DNA of 64,000 bases from an uncultured Neomegalonema sp. (lineage in GTDB: Bacteria > Pseudomonadota > Alphaproteobacteria > Rhodobacterales > Rhodobacteraceae), in contig CAZPTD010000001.1 in assembly GCA_964588915.1 (NCBI GenBank), positions 2,591-66,590 of the forward strand. The letters run 5' to 3'. The position numbers and the translations under genes were made by a program. The notes below the pieces were generated by a model. It worked only from the letters and a program-made list of their open reading frames with translations, was not told where the DNA came from and ran no database searches. Positions 54,147 to 62,953 of the stretch are shown here, one piece after another (positions within the stretch are counted from its first letter, which is position 1; each line of letters begins with the position of its first letter).

Positions 54147-54519
54147 GGGCTCGAAGAGCGGACGTCCGGTCGGCGAGATCGCGGCGAAGGTCCGTTCGAA
54201 GAACGCCGGTCCGTTCTGGGTCAGCGTCGACGTCTTCTGCGGCGACGCCGAGACCTATGACGGGCTGCGAGAGCGGCTGACGACGGCGCGCGCTTCGGAG
54301 CTCTTCAAGCGCCCTGTCGAGGAGATGAAGCGCTTCGAGATCGACGATCTCAAGGTGCTGAAATTCAGCTTTCCGCGCCCGGCGATCCAGGGCGACCGCT
54401 TCGATCGCGACATGCACGGCGCCCAGTTCGCGACGCTGCTCGAAGAGCTCCGGATCGACTGGCCGGCGGCGCGCAAGCCCTCGTCGCCGCAGAAGCGCGC
54501 GCCGCGCGCGCGGGCCTAG
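54133..54519 (+). CDS. DUF4387-domain protein (function unknown)
   Basis: 128 aa. The hallmark VRSKNAGPFWVSVDVF and FSFPRPAIQGDRFDRDMHGAQ match the DUF4387 signature as I remember it. Overlaps the upstream gene by 14 nt. Confidence 0.8.
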   Translation: MPPSKGSKSGRPVGEIAAKVRSKNAGPFWVSVDVFCGDAETYDGLRERLTTARASELFKRPVEEMKRFEIDDLKVLKFSFPRPAIQGDRFDRDMHGAQFATLLEELRIDWPAARKPSSPQKRAPRARA

Positions 54520-54578
54520 ACGCGAGCCGGGTCGGCCTCGGCGTCCCTCGATTCGCCACGGAACGACCAGAATTTGAT

Positions 54579-54606
54579 TTGATGGTCGCCTTGATCCCAA
54601 TATATG
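54579..54606 (+). promoter_or_regulatory. Candidate sigma70-type promoter for tamAB (TTGATG - 16 nt - TATATG)
   Basis: Lies in the only AT-rich patch of the 138-nt gap upstream of tamA (start 54658). Hexamer spacing was read directly from the sequence. Confidence 0.35.
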
Positions 54607-54657
54607 CGTACTGTGCCTAGAAGCTGAGGCTGCTCGCAGGGAAAGGATCCGCACGGT

Positions 54658-56523
54658 ATGACGACCGCCCCTCGCAGAGCGCGAAGGATGGCCGCGTGCG
54701 CTGCGGCGCTCGCTCTCGGGACGGCGGGCTGCTCGCATTTCGGACCCGACGAGGAAGCGGCGTTCGACGACGAGCCGAGCGGCTTCGAGCAGTTCGTCGA
54801 CGCGCTCAACCCGTTCCCGAGCCCGATCGTCTACGAGATCGTCTTCGAAGGTCTCGACGGCGCGCCCGAGCTTCAGCCGATTCTCGAGCGCGCGTCCGAG
54901 ATCGTCGCGCGCCAGCGCAGGGACGCGCCCGAGGAGATCGTGCTGCGCCGACGCGCGGCCGCGGACGTCGATCGGCTCGTGCGGGCTCTGCGCTCGGAGG
55001 GCTATTTCGAGGCCGAGGCGGAGTCGCGGATCTCGCAAGGCGAGGAGCTTCCGACCGTCGTCTTCAGCGTCTCTCTCGGCCGGCGCTTCACGATCGAGGC
55101 GCATGAGATCGTCGCCGAGGACGGCGACGGCGCGCCGCTCCAGCTCGCCGACTACGCGCTCGCCGAGGGGTCGCCGGCCGTGAGCGGCTTCATCCTCGCC
55201 GCCGAAGAGCGCGCGGTCGCCGCTCTGCAGGCGTCGGGGCGCGCCTACGCCGCCGTCGCCTCGCGCGACGCCGTCGCCGATCTCGAGGCGGGAACGCTCC
55301 GGGTCGAGAGCCGGCTCAGGATCGGGCCGATGGTGCGCATCGGGGCCGTCGAGATCGAGGGCGCGGACAGCGTCGAGGAGGACTATGTCCGCGGCTTCGT
55401 CGGCGAGCTCGTCGGCCAGCCGGCCTCGCCGGCCGCGCTCGCCGAACGCGAGCGGGCGCTGCGCGCGACCGGCCTCTTCCGCGCGGTTCGGGTCTCCTTG
55501 CCGGAGGAGCCGCCGGCGGCGGACGGTCCGCAGCCGGTGACGATCGCCGTCGACGAGGCCGCGCATCGCACCATCGGCGCGGGTCTGCGCTACGACACTG
55601 CCGACGGCCCGGGCGCGCGCGCCTTTTGGGAGCACCGCAACCTCCTCGGCCGCGCCGAGACCTTCCGGATCGAGATCGTCGCCGCGTTCGCCGAGCAGGG
55701 CGTCGAGATCACCTTCCGAAAGCCGCGCTTCCTGGCGCCTCAGCGCGCGCTTCTGGCCGCGATCGCGGCCGAGCGCGAGACCAACGACGCCTATGAGCGC
55801 ATCGGCCTCGCCGGCTCGATCGGCCTCGAAGAGCAGTTCTCAGAGGAGGTCGTCGGCGTCGCGCGGATCGTGGTCGAGATCTCGGAGATCGACGATGACG
55901 GCGACCAAGAGACGAGCCTTCTCGTCGGCCTGCCGCTCTCGCTCCGGATCGACGAGGCGAACGATCCGATCGATCCGACCGGCGGCTATCGGGTGCGGCT
56001 CACGACCGCGCCCTATGTCGGCGAGTTCGGCGAGAGCGCGGTCGCCTTCCTCTCCAACGAAGCGGCGGTCGCGACATATTACGCGCTCGACGCCGAAGGC
56101 GACGTCGTCGCCGCCGGCCGCGCGCGCGTCGCCGTGATCGCCGGATCGTCGCTCGAGGACGTGCCGAGCAACTATCGCCTCTATGGCGGCGGCGGCGGCT
56201 CGGTCCGCGCTTTCGCGACGCGCCGGGTCGGCCCGCTCGACGACGACGGCGATCCGACCGGCGGCCTGACCGCGGCGGATCTCGGCCTCGAGCTGCGCTT
56301 CCGCGTCTCCGACGAGATCAGCCTCGCGCCGTTCTTCGACGTCGGCTTCGTCAACGCCGACGCGTTCGACTTCGACGCCGCCGACCTGCAGGCCGGCCCC
56401 GGCCTCGGCGTGCGGCTGCTCAGTCCCATCGGCGTGGTGCGCGGCGACATCGCCACGCCGATCGACCCGCGCGAAGACGACCAGCTCATCCAAGTCTACA
56501 TCAGCATCGGACAAGAGTTTTGA
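54658..56523 (+). CDS. tamA: Translocation and assembly module outer-membrane protein TamA (Omp85 family)
   Basis: 621 aa. N-terminal signal with a possible lipobox (ALALGTAGC), a POTRA-like region, and a C-terminal beta-barrel ending ...QVYISIGQEF. Followed by tamB. Confidence 0.88.
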   Translation: MTTAPRRARRMAACAAALALGTAGCSHFGPDEEAAFDDEPSGFEQFVDALNPFPSPIVYEIVFEGLDGAPELQPILERASEIVARQRRDAPEEIVLRRRAAADVDRLVRALRSEGYFEAEAESRISQGEELPTVVFSVSLGRRFTIEAHEIVAEDGDGAPLQLADYALAEGSPAVSGFILAAEERAVAALQASGRAYAAVASRDAVADLEAGTLRVESRLRIGPMVRIGAVEIEGADSVEEDYVRGFVGELVGQPASPAALAERERALRATGLFRAVRVSLPEEPPAADGPQPVTIAVDEAAHRTIGAGLRYDTADGPGARAFWEHRNLLGRAETFRIEIVAAFAEQGVEITFRKPRFLAPQRALLAAIAAERETNDAYERIGLAGSIGLEEQFSEEVVGVARIVVEISEIDDDGDQETSLLVGLPLSLRIDEANDPIDPTGGYRVRLTTAPYVGEFGESAVAFLSNEAAVATYYALDAEGDVVAAGRARVAVIAGSSLEDVPSNYRLYGGGGGSVRAFATRRVGPLDDDGDPTGGLTAADLGLELRFRVSDEISLAPFFDVGFVNADAFDFDAADLQAGPGLGVRLLSPIGVVRGDIATPIDPREDDQLIQVYISIGQEF

Positions 56524-59500
56524 CCACGCTTCTCCGCTCCGCGCTCGTCCGGCTCGCGCTCCTCGCCTGCCTCTGCGTCGCCGCGCTCGCCGGCCCGACG
56601 CGGGCGCAGGAGCTGCCCGAGGAGATCGACCTTTCCGAAGAAGGGACGTGGGCGCAGCTCCTGCGCTTCGGCGTGCGCCAGCTCGACGCGCCGGGCGAGT
56701 TCGAGATCGAGCTCGGCTTCATCTCCTCGGGCGACGACGATTCCGTCCGGATCGAGAGCCTCGCCATCCGCGACAGCGAGGGCGTGTGGCTCGAGGCGAC
56801 CGGGCTCGAGATCGACTGGGACTCGGGCGCCGCCTTTCTCGGCGACCTCGAGTTCAACCGGATCAGCATCGAGAAGCTCGCGATCCTGCGGCCGCCGGTC
56901 GGGCGCGGCGATCCGCCGTCGCGCGACGATCCCGAGGCCGGGCTGGAGGCCGAATGGCCGCGAACGCCGGTCAATGTCGAGATCAGATCCTTCGAGATCC
57001 GGGAGATCGATCTCGCGCCGCCGCTGCTCGGCGAGCGGATTCTCGGCCGGATGTCCGGCCTCTTCCGCGATGTCGGCGACGAGCAGAGCGTCCGCCTGGA
57101 GATCGAGCGGACCAATGACGAGAGGATCAGCTTCGTCTTCGACAGCTATCTCGACTCCGACGACGACGTGATCGCGATCCAGATCTCGGCGCAGGAAGAG
57201 ACCGGCGGCCTGATCGGCCGGAGCCTCGGCGCGCCGTCCGACTCCGCGCTCGACCTCTCGATCGACCTGCAGGGCTCGTCGCAGGAGCTCGGCTTTTCCG
57301 CCCGCGCGGTCGCGTCCGACACGCTGGCGGTTCAGATCTCGGGCGTCGCGCGCTGGCGGGACGCCTTCTCGATCGAGGCGACGGGCGTGGCGCGGGTCGG
57401 CCGGCTCGCCGGACCGGAGCTCCGCGCGGCGATCGGCGAGGAGGCTCGGCTCTCGCTCGCCGTCTTGGAGACGCCGGACGGCGCCTTCCGCGTCGACGCG
57501 TTCGAGCTCGACAGCCGCGCGCTCGTCATCTCCGCCGCCGGCGCCGTCGACCCGGAGGCGGATACGATCTCCCTCGACGCGGCGATCGGGTCGCCCGATC
57601 CGGCGGCGCTGGCCGGCGTTCTCGGCCTCGAGGCGATCGGCCGGCTCGAAGGGCGGGCGCGGGCGTCCGGTCGGCTCTCGTCGCCGGAGGCCGCCTTCGA
57701 CTTCGTGATCGAGGGGCTCCGCGACGGGTTCGGCGCGATCGAGAGCGCCTCGGTCCGGGCGACGCTGGCGCCAGAGGGCGAGACGACGACGCTCGAGATC
57801 GACGCGCGTCTCGCCGGTGCGGCTTTCGCGGACCCGGATCTGGCGGCGCTGCTCGGCGCGTCGCCGTCGCTGACGGCGCGCGGGCGCTACGATCCGGAGG
57901 AGATGACGGCGCGGCTCGACGCGTTCGCGCTCTCGGGCGCCGTCTTCAGCGCGACGGGCGACGCCGTCCTCGCGCTCGACGGTCCGACGCTCGACGCGGA
58001 TCTCGCGGTCGTTCTCGCCGACGCCGCGCCGTTTCTCGGGCTCGTCGGCGTCGAGGGCGGCGGACGCGGCGAAGTTCGGCTCGAGGTCGAGGGCGCGACG
58101 CTCGAGACGGTGGCGCGCGCGTCGCTCAGCGGCCGTCTGGAGGCGCTCGGCTTCGAGGATCCGACGCTCGCGGAGCTTCTCGGCGATCGGATCGAGCTGG
58201 CGGTCGTTCTCGAGGACGCCGGCGACGCGGGCGTCCGTGTGACCGAAGGCCGGATCGAGACCGCGGTCGCCGCCTTCATGATCAGCGGAACGGTCGCGCC
58301 GCAAACGGACGCGGTCGATCTCAGCCTGGTCGGCGACCTTACCGATCCGGGCGCGATCAACCGGGCGTTTCCGTCCGTCTCGGTCGGCGCCTTCGGCTTC
58401 GAGCTCGGCGTCGAGGGCGTTCTCTCGGCGCCGACGGTGACGCTGATGGCGCGCCTCGCCGCGCTCGAGACGGCCGCGTTCGCGGCGGACGAGGCGCGGC
58501 TCGACGCCAGCGCCGAGCTGCGCCGCGACGAGCGCACGCCCTTCAGGATCGCGCTGACCACGCGCGGCGCGACGAGCCCGATCGCCGAGCTCGACGCCGT
58601 TCTCGGCGACGCGCCCAGCTTCGAGGCGGAAGGCGAATACGACCGCGCGCTCGGGCGGCTGCGGCTCGATCGGGCGACGCTCGTCGCCGCCGGCGCGACC
58701 GCGAGCCTCTCGGGAACGATCGGCGCGGACGCCTTCGGCGAGGATCGCGTCGATCTCGCCTACAGCGTCGAGGCGCCCGATCTGAGCCTGGTCGGGCCGG
58801 TCGCCGGCGCCGCGCGGCTCGACGGCACGCTCGCCGGCGCGTCGGCGTCGCCGCGGCTCGACGGACGGCTTGAGAGCGCGCGGCTCGATGTCGGCGGGCT
58901 GTCGATCGCCGAGGCGCGGCTCGACTACGCGATCGACGATCTCGGCGCCGAGGCGCCGATCGCGCGCCTCGAACTCGCGGCGCTCCTCGACGGCGCGCCG
59001 CTGGCCTTCGCGGCCGAGGCCGCGCTCGGCGGCGAGATCGCGCTCCGGAACGTCGCGGCCGAATTCCTCGGCGCGACGATCGAGGGCGAGGCGGAGCTGC
59101 CGCCCGGCGGCGGCGGCCTCGTCGGCGCGTTCCGCCTCGATGCGCCCGATCTCGCGGCCTTCGCCGACTACGCCGGCCTCGCGCTCTCCGGCGACGCGCG
59201 CGGAACGCTGCGGCTCACCGCCGACGGCGGCTCGTCCGTTCAGGGACTCCTCGTCGAGATCGAGGGCGACAGCCTCGGCGTCGAGGGCGTGAGCGCGGGC
59301 GCCTGGCGCCTGGCGCTCGGCGGGCCGCTGACCGCGCTCGATTTCGACGTCGCCGCTTCGGGCGTCGCCTTCGGGCCGATCGAGCAGGCGACGTTCGAGC
59401 TCGCGGGCCGCGCGGATCTCGGCGGCGCTCCGTCGCGGATTTCGGTCAGCCGGCTGCGGCTCGAGAACGCCGACATCCTGGTCGACGCCGCCGAACCGGT

Positions 59501-61184
59501 TTCGATCTCCATCGGCGCGGCGACGACCTCCGTCGACGCGCCGGCGATCACCGCCCAGGCGAAGCGCCGCGGCGCGGAAGGCCGCATCGCCCTCGCCTTG
59601 GCGATCCGGGCCGGCGGCCTCACCGGATCCCTGACCGTCGACGCCTTCCCGCTCGCCTTCCTCGACGCGCTCGGCGTCGCGTCGATCGAGCGCGGCCTTC
59701 TCTCCGGCGAGGCCGAGATCGCGCCCGGCGAGGGCTCGGCGCGGTTCCGCATCGACGGCGCCGCGCCCGCTCTCACCGCCGGCGCGCCTTTCGACGCCGA
59801 TCTCGCCGTCGACTGGCGGAGCCGCGTTCTCGACGCCTCGCTGACGGTCGAGATCGGCGACGGCGCGCCGCTCGTCGCGACAGCCCAGCTGCCGCTCCTC
59901 GCCTCGGCGCTGCCGAGCGTCGACGAGAACCGCCCCTTCTCGGCCGCGCTCCGCTGGTCCGGCCGCGCCGAGGACCTCTTCGAGCTCATGCCCCTCGACG
60001 GCCAGGTCCTCGAAGGCGCGCTCGCGATCGATCTCGCCGCCGACGGCGCGATCGCCGAGCCGTCCTTCTCCGGCGTCGCCGCGCTCACCGACGGCCGCTA
60101 CATCGCCGTCGACGCCGGCTTCGCGCTCGCCGATCTCGACCTCTCGCTCACCGCCGACGGTCGAGAGCTCGCCGTCGACGGACGCGCCAGCGACGGCGGC
60201 GCGGGAACCGTCGCCTTTTCCGGCGACGTCGACCCGTTCTCGGCCGCGACCGACATCGCGATCACCGTGCGCTCGGCGCGCCTTATCCGCCGCGACGATC
60301 TCACGCTCATGGCGAGCGGCGACGTCGCGATCGTTCTCGGCGGCGTCGCGCCGCGCATCGCCGGCGCCGTCGAGATCGAGATGGCCGAGGCGCGGCTGAT
60401 CGCGAGCGGCGTCGAGGAGCCGCCGCTCATCGACTACCGCATCGCCGGCGTCGAGCCGGCGGAGAGCGCGGCGCCGTCGGACGCGACGCCGATCGCGCTC
60501 GATCTGCGCATCTCGGGTCCGCGCCGGCTCTTCGCCCGCGGACGCGGCCTCGACAGCGAATGGGGCGGCGAGCTGCGGATCGGCGGCACGGTCGACGCGC
60601 CCGAGATCATCGGACAGATCGAGGCGCGGCGCGGCGAGTTCTCGCTCGCCGGCGCGCCCTTCCGGCTCGCGCGCGGCCTCGTCACCTTCCGAGGGACGCC
60701 CAATCCGCTCGTCGAGATCCGCTTCGAGCTCCAACGCAACGGGATCGAGGGGGCGATCGAGGTCGACGGCCCGGCGGACGACCTCGAGATCACGCTGAGC
60801 TCGGCTCCCGAGCTGCCGGACGAGGAGGTGCTGCCGCGTCTGATCTTCGGCCAGGAGCCGAGCCAGCTCTCGCCGATCGAGGCGGCGCAGCTCGCTGCAG
60901 GCCTGTCGACGCTGCTGCGCGGCGACGAGAGCGCCGTCGACGTCGCGCGGCGGCTGATCGGCGCCGATCGGCTCACCGTCGGCGAAGGCGCGGCCGGCGA
61001 CCCGGTGGTCGGCGTCGGCCGCTATGTGAGCGAGGGCGTCTATGTGGAAGGCCGCTCGGGCGTCGAGCCCTCGGACCGCTCGGTCGCGGTCGAGATCGAG
61101 GTCGCGCCCAATGTCGAGCTCGAAAGCGAGCTCGGCGCCGAAGGCAATGTCGGCGTCGGCGTGCAATGGAAGCTCGACTATTAG
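56520..61184 (+). CDS. tamB: Translocation and assembly module inner-membrane-anchored protein TamB (DUF490)
   Basis: 1554 aa. N-terminal signal anchor LVRLALLACLCVAALAG, a long repetitive beta-rich body, and a DUF490-like C-terminus (...YVSEGVYVEG...GVGVQWKLDY). The TTG start overlaps the tamA stop. Confidence 0.9.
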   Translation: MTTLLRSALVRLALLACLCVAALAGPTRAQELPEEIDLSEEGTWAQLLRFGVRQLDAPGEFEIELGFISSGDDDSVRIESLAIRDSEGVWLEATGLEIDWDSGAAFLGDLEFNRISIEKLAILRPPVGRGDPPSRDDPEAGLEAEWPRTPVNVEIRSFEIREIDLAPPLLGERILGRMSGLFRDVGDEQSVRLEIERTNDERISFVFDSYLDSDDDVIAIQISAQEETGGLIGRSLGAPSDSALDLSIDLQGSSQELGFSARAVASDTLAVQISGVARWRDAFSIEATGVARVGRLAGPELRAAIGEEARLSLAVLETPDGAFRVDAFELDSRALVISAAGAVDPEADTISLDAAIGSPDPAALAGVLGLEAIGRLEGRARASGRLSSPEAAFDFVIEGLRDGFGAIESASVRATLAPEGETTTLEIDARLAGAAFADPDLAALLGASPSLTARGRYDPEEMTARLDAFALSGAVFSATGDAVLALDGPTLDADLAVVLADAAPFLGLVGVEGGGRGEVRLEVEGATLETVARASLSGRLEALGFEDPTLAELLGDRIELAVVLEDAGDAGVRVTEGRIETAVAAFMISGTVAPQTDAVDLSLVGDLTDPGAINRAFPSVSVGAFGFELGVEGVLSAPTVTLMARLAALETAAFAADEARLDASAELRRDERTPFRIALTTRGATSPIAELDAVLGDAPSFEAEGEYDRALGRLRLDRATLVAAGATASLSGTIGADAFGEDRVDLAYSVEAPDLSLVGPVAGAARLDGTLAGASASPRLDGRLESARLDVGGLSIAEARLDYAIDDLGAEAPIARLELAALLDGAPLAFAAEAALGGEIALRNVAAEFLGATIEGEAELPPGGGGLVGAFRLDAPDLAAFADYAGLALSGDARGTLRLTADGGSSVQGLLVEIEGDSLGVEGVSAGAWRLALGGPLTALDFDVAASGVAFGPIEQATFELAGRADLGGAPSRISVSRLRLENADILVDAAEPVSISIGAATTSVDAPAITAQAKRRGAEGRIALALAIRAGGLTGSLTVDAFPLAFLDALGVASIERGLLSGEAEIAPGEGSARFRIDGAAPALTAGAPFDADLAVDWRSRVLDASLTVEIGDGAPLVATAQLPLLASALPSVDENRPFSAALRWSGRAEDLFELMPLDGQVLEGALAIDLAADGAIAEPSFSGVAALTDGRYIAVDAGFALADLDLSLTADGRELAVDGRASDGGAGTVAFSGDVDPFSAATDIAITVRSARLIRRDDLTLMASGDVAIVLGGVAPRIAGAVEIEMAEARLIASGVEEPPLIDYRIAGVEPAESAAPSDATPIALDLRISGPRRLFARGRGLDSEWGGELRIGGTVDAPEIIGQIEARRGEFSLAGAPFRLARGLVTFRGTPNPLVEIRFELQRNGIEGAIEVDGPADDLEITLSSAPELPDEEVLPRLIFGQEPSQLSPIEAAQLAAGLSTLLRGDESAVDVARRLIGADRLTVGEGAAGDPVVGVGRYVSEGVYVEGRSGVEPSDRSVAVEIEVAPNVELESELGAEGNVGVGVQWKLDY

Positions 61185-61208
61185 AGCGGGATATATACAG
61201 GAAACGCC

Positions 61209-61345
61209 GATGACGCCGTCATCCCGGGATGACGCCGTCATCCCGGAAAGCCGCAGGCTCTTATCCGGGATCCGGGGCCGGTTCGCCGCACGCTCAGCCC
61301 CTTGGCCCTGGATCCCGGCTCTGCGCGCTCGGCGCTCGGCCGGGA
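61209..61345. repeat. Cluster of REP-like intergenic palindromic elements, including a perfect 19-bp tandem duplication
   Basis: GATGACGCCGTCATCCCGG occurs at 61209-61227 and again at 61228-61246. Hairpins follow: TCCCGG(61241-46)/CCGGGA(61265-70) and TCCCGGC(61313-19)/GCCGGGA(61339-45). This is the 'GTCATCCCGG...CCGGGA' style typical of alphaproteobacterial intergenic repeats. Confidence 0.8.
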
Positions 61346-61459
61346 CGACGAGATCCCCGGCCCGTCTCCGCTGCGCGAGGCGCTGCGCCATGGCGGCGCA
61401 ACCCTCGATCGTCGCGCAACCCGAGGCGGGCCGGCGCGCCTACGCGGCGAACATGCGGA

Positions 61460-62452
61460 CTAGGCGCCCCAGCGAAGGGCGGCGGTATGCACCGGCGCGT
61501 CCCAGAGCGCCTTCATCTCGTCGTCGAGCTTGGTCAGCGTGATCGAGCAGCCGGCCATGTCGAGCGAGGTGCAGTAGTTGCCGACCAGCGACCGCGCGAT
61601 CTTGAGGCCGCGCTTCTCGACCATCCGCGCCGCCGCGTCGTACATGCCGTAGAGCTCGAGGAGCGGCGTGCCGCCCATGCCGTTGATGAGGAGCAGCACC
61701 TCTTGGCCGGCGGGCGGCTGGATCGAGGCCGCGATCGCCGCGACGATCTCCTCGGCGATCGCGTCGGCGGCCATCATCGGCACGCGCTTGCGGCCGGGCT
61801 CGCCATGGATGCCGACGCCCATCTCGATCTGGTCTTCGGGCAGATCGAAGGTCGGCTTGCCCGCGGCCGGCACGGTGCAGCTGGTGAGCGCCACGCCCAT
61901 GGTTCCGGAGGCGGCGTTGATCCGGTCGCCGAGCGCCTTGCAGGCGGCGAGATCCGCGCCTTGCTCGGCCGCCGCGCCGACCATCTTCTCGACGACCACC
62001 GTCGCCGCGACGCCGCGGCGGCCCTGGCTGTGCAGCGAGCTCTCCACCGCGACGTCGTCATTGGTGAGCACGGTCTCGATGGTCAGATCGCACATCTCGC
62101 CGGCCATCTCGAAATTCATCACGTCGCCGGAATAGTTCTTGACGATGAACAGCACGCCGGCGCCGCCGTTCACCGCCTCGGCGGCGGCGATCATCTGGTT
62201 CGGCGTCGGCGAGGTGAAGATCTGGCCCGGACAGGCGGCGTCGAGCATGCCGCGCCCGACGAAGCCGGCGTGGAGCGGCTCATGGCCGGAGCCGCCGCCC
62301 GAGACGAGCGCGACCTTGCCCTGGCGTCCGCCGCCTTTGCGCGTCACGAACACATGCTCGAAATTCGCCTCGACGATGTCGGCATGCGCGAGCGCGAAAC
62401 CGCGCAGCGCCTCCGTCAGCACGTCGTCGACCTGGTTCATCAGCTTCTTCAT
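61460..62452 (-). CDS. dhaK: Dihydroxyacetone kinase, DhaK subunit
   Basis: 330 aa. Motifs: VALVSGGGSGHEPLHAGFVG and FIVKNYSGDVMNF. Confidence 0.93.
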   Translation of the reverse strand: MKKLMNQVDDVLTEALRGFALAHADIVEANFEHVFVTRKGGGRQGKVALVSGGGSGHEPLHAGFVGRGMLDAACPGQIFTSPTPNQMIAAAEAVNGGAGVLFIVKNYSGDVMNFEMAGEMCDLTIETVLTNDDVAVESSLHSQGRRGVAATVVVEKMVGAAAEQGADLAACKALGDRINAASGTMGVALTSCTVPAAGKPTFDLPEDQIEMGVGIHGEPGRKRVPMMAADAIAEEIVAAIAASIQPPAGQEVLLLINGMGGTPLLELYGMYDAAARMVEKRGLKIARSLVGNYCTSLDMAGCSITLTKLDDEMKALWDAPVHTAALRWGA

Positions 62453-62943
62453 CGTCTCGCTCCCTTTTCGGACGTTTCGTCTCTCGCGGTCGGCGCCGTC
62501 TTCCGCCCGCTGGCGCGCCGCGCCAGCGCGATGACCCGGTCGGCGAACTCCGTGATCAGCGCCTCCACCTCGGCGCGGTCTTCCGGGCTCTCGAATTCCG
62601 GGATCGGAATGCGCAGCACATGCTCCTCGACCGAGGCGAGCTCCTCGATCGCGCCGGCCTGGGCGGGATGCGCCTCGGCGTAGAGCGAGAGGAAGCGCTG
62701 CTGCTCCTGCTCGGAGAGGCGGCAGACGCGCAGGAAGGCCGGAATGTGCTGCGCCGGCAGCGGCACGCGATAGGCCGGATTGGTGATCTGAGAGATGAAG
62801 CTCTTATGCGTGCCGAAGGCCTCGGCGAGCTTCTGCCGCGTGCCCGACGGCCGCCGCTCGATGATCGAGCGCAGCTCCGCCTTATAGGCCGCGACCGCCG
62901 CGTCGACGCCTTCGCCCGTTTTCGATGCCTCGTCCGACGCCAT
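62449..62943 (-). CDS. Small HTH (XRE-like) protein embedded in the dha operon
   Basis: Last 164 codons of ORF 62449..63225, with the ATG at 62943. The stop overlaps the dhaK start (ATGA). HTH-like segment TRQKLAEAFGTHKSFISQITN. Confidence 0.7.
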   Translation of the reverse strand: MASDEASKTGEGVDAAVAAYKAELRSIIERRPSGTRQKLAEAFGTHKSFISQITNPAYRVPLPAQHIPAFLRVCRLSEQEQQRFLSLYAEAHPAQAGAIEELASVEEHVLRIPIPEFESPEDRAEVEALITEFADRVIALARRASGRKTAPTARDETSEKGARR

Positions 62944-62953
62944 GCCGCCCGCC

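Noticed and set aside
56496-61391. Very long antisense or alternative-frame ORFs. Examples: 56496..61391 minus (1631 aa), 50919..54134 minus (1071 aa), 19051..22215 minus (1054 aa), 12551..14797 minus (748 aa), 1280..2617 plus, 367..1656 plus, 42331..43650 minus.
   Set aside because: Their translations are low-complexity Arg/Ala/Gly/Asp/Glu-rich strings with no recognisable domains. They mirror well-supported genes on the other strand or in another frame. Stop-codon depletion in very GC-rich DNA produces such ORFs routinely.
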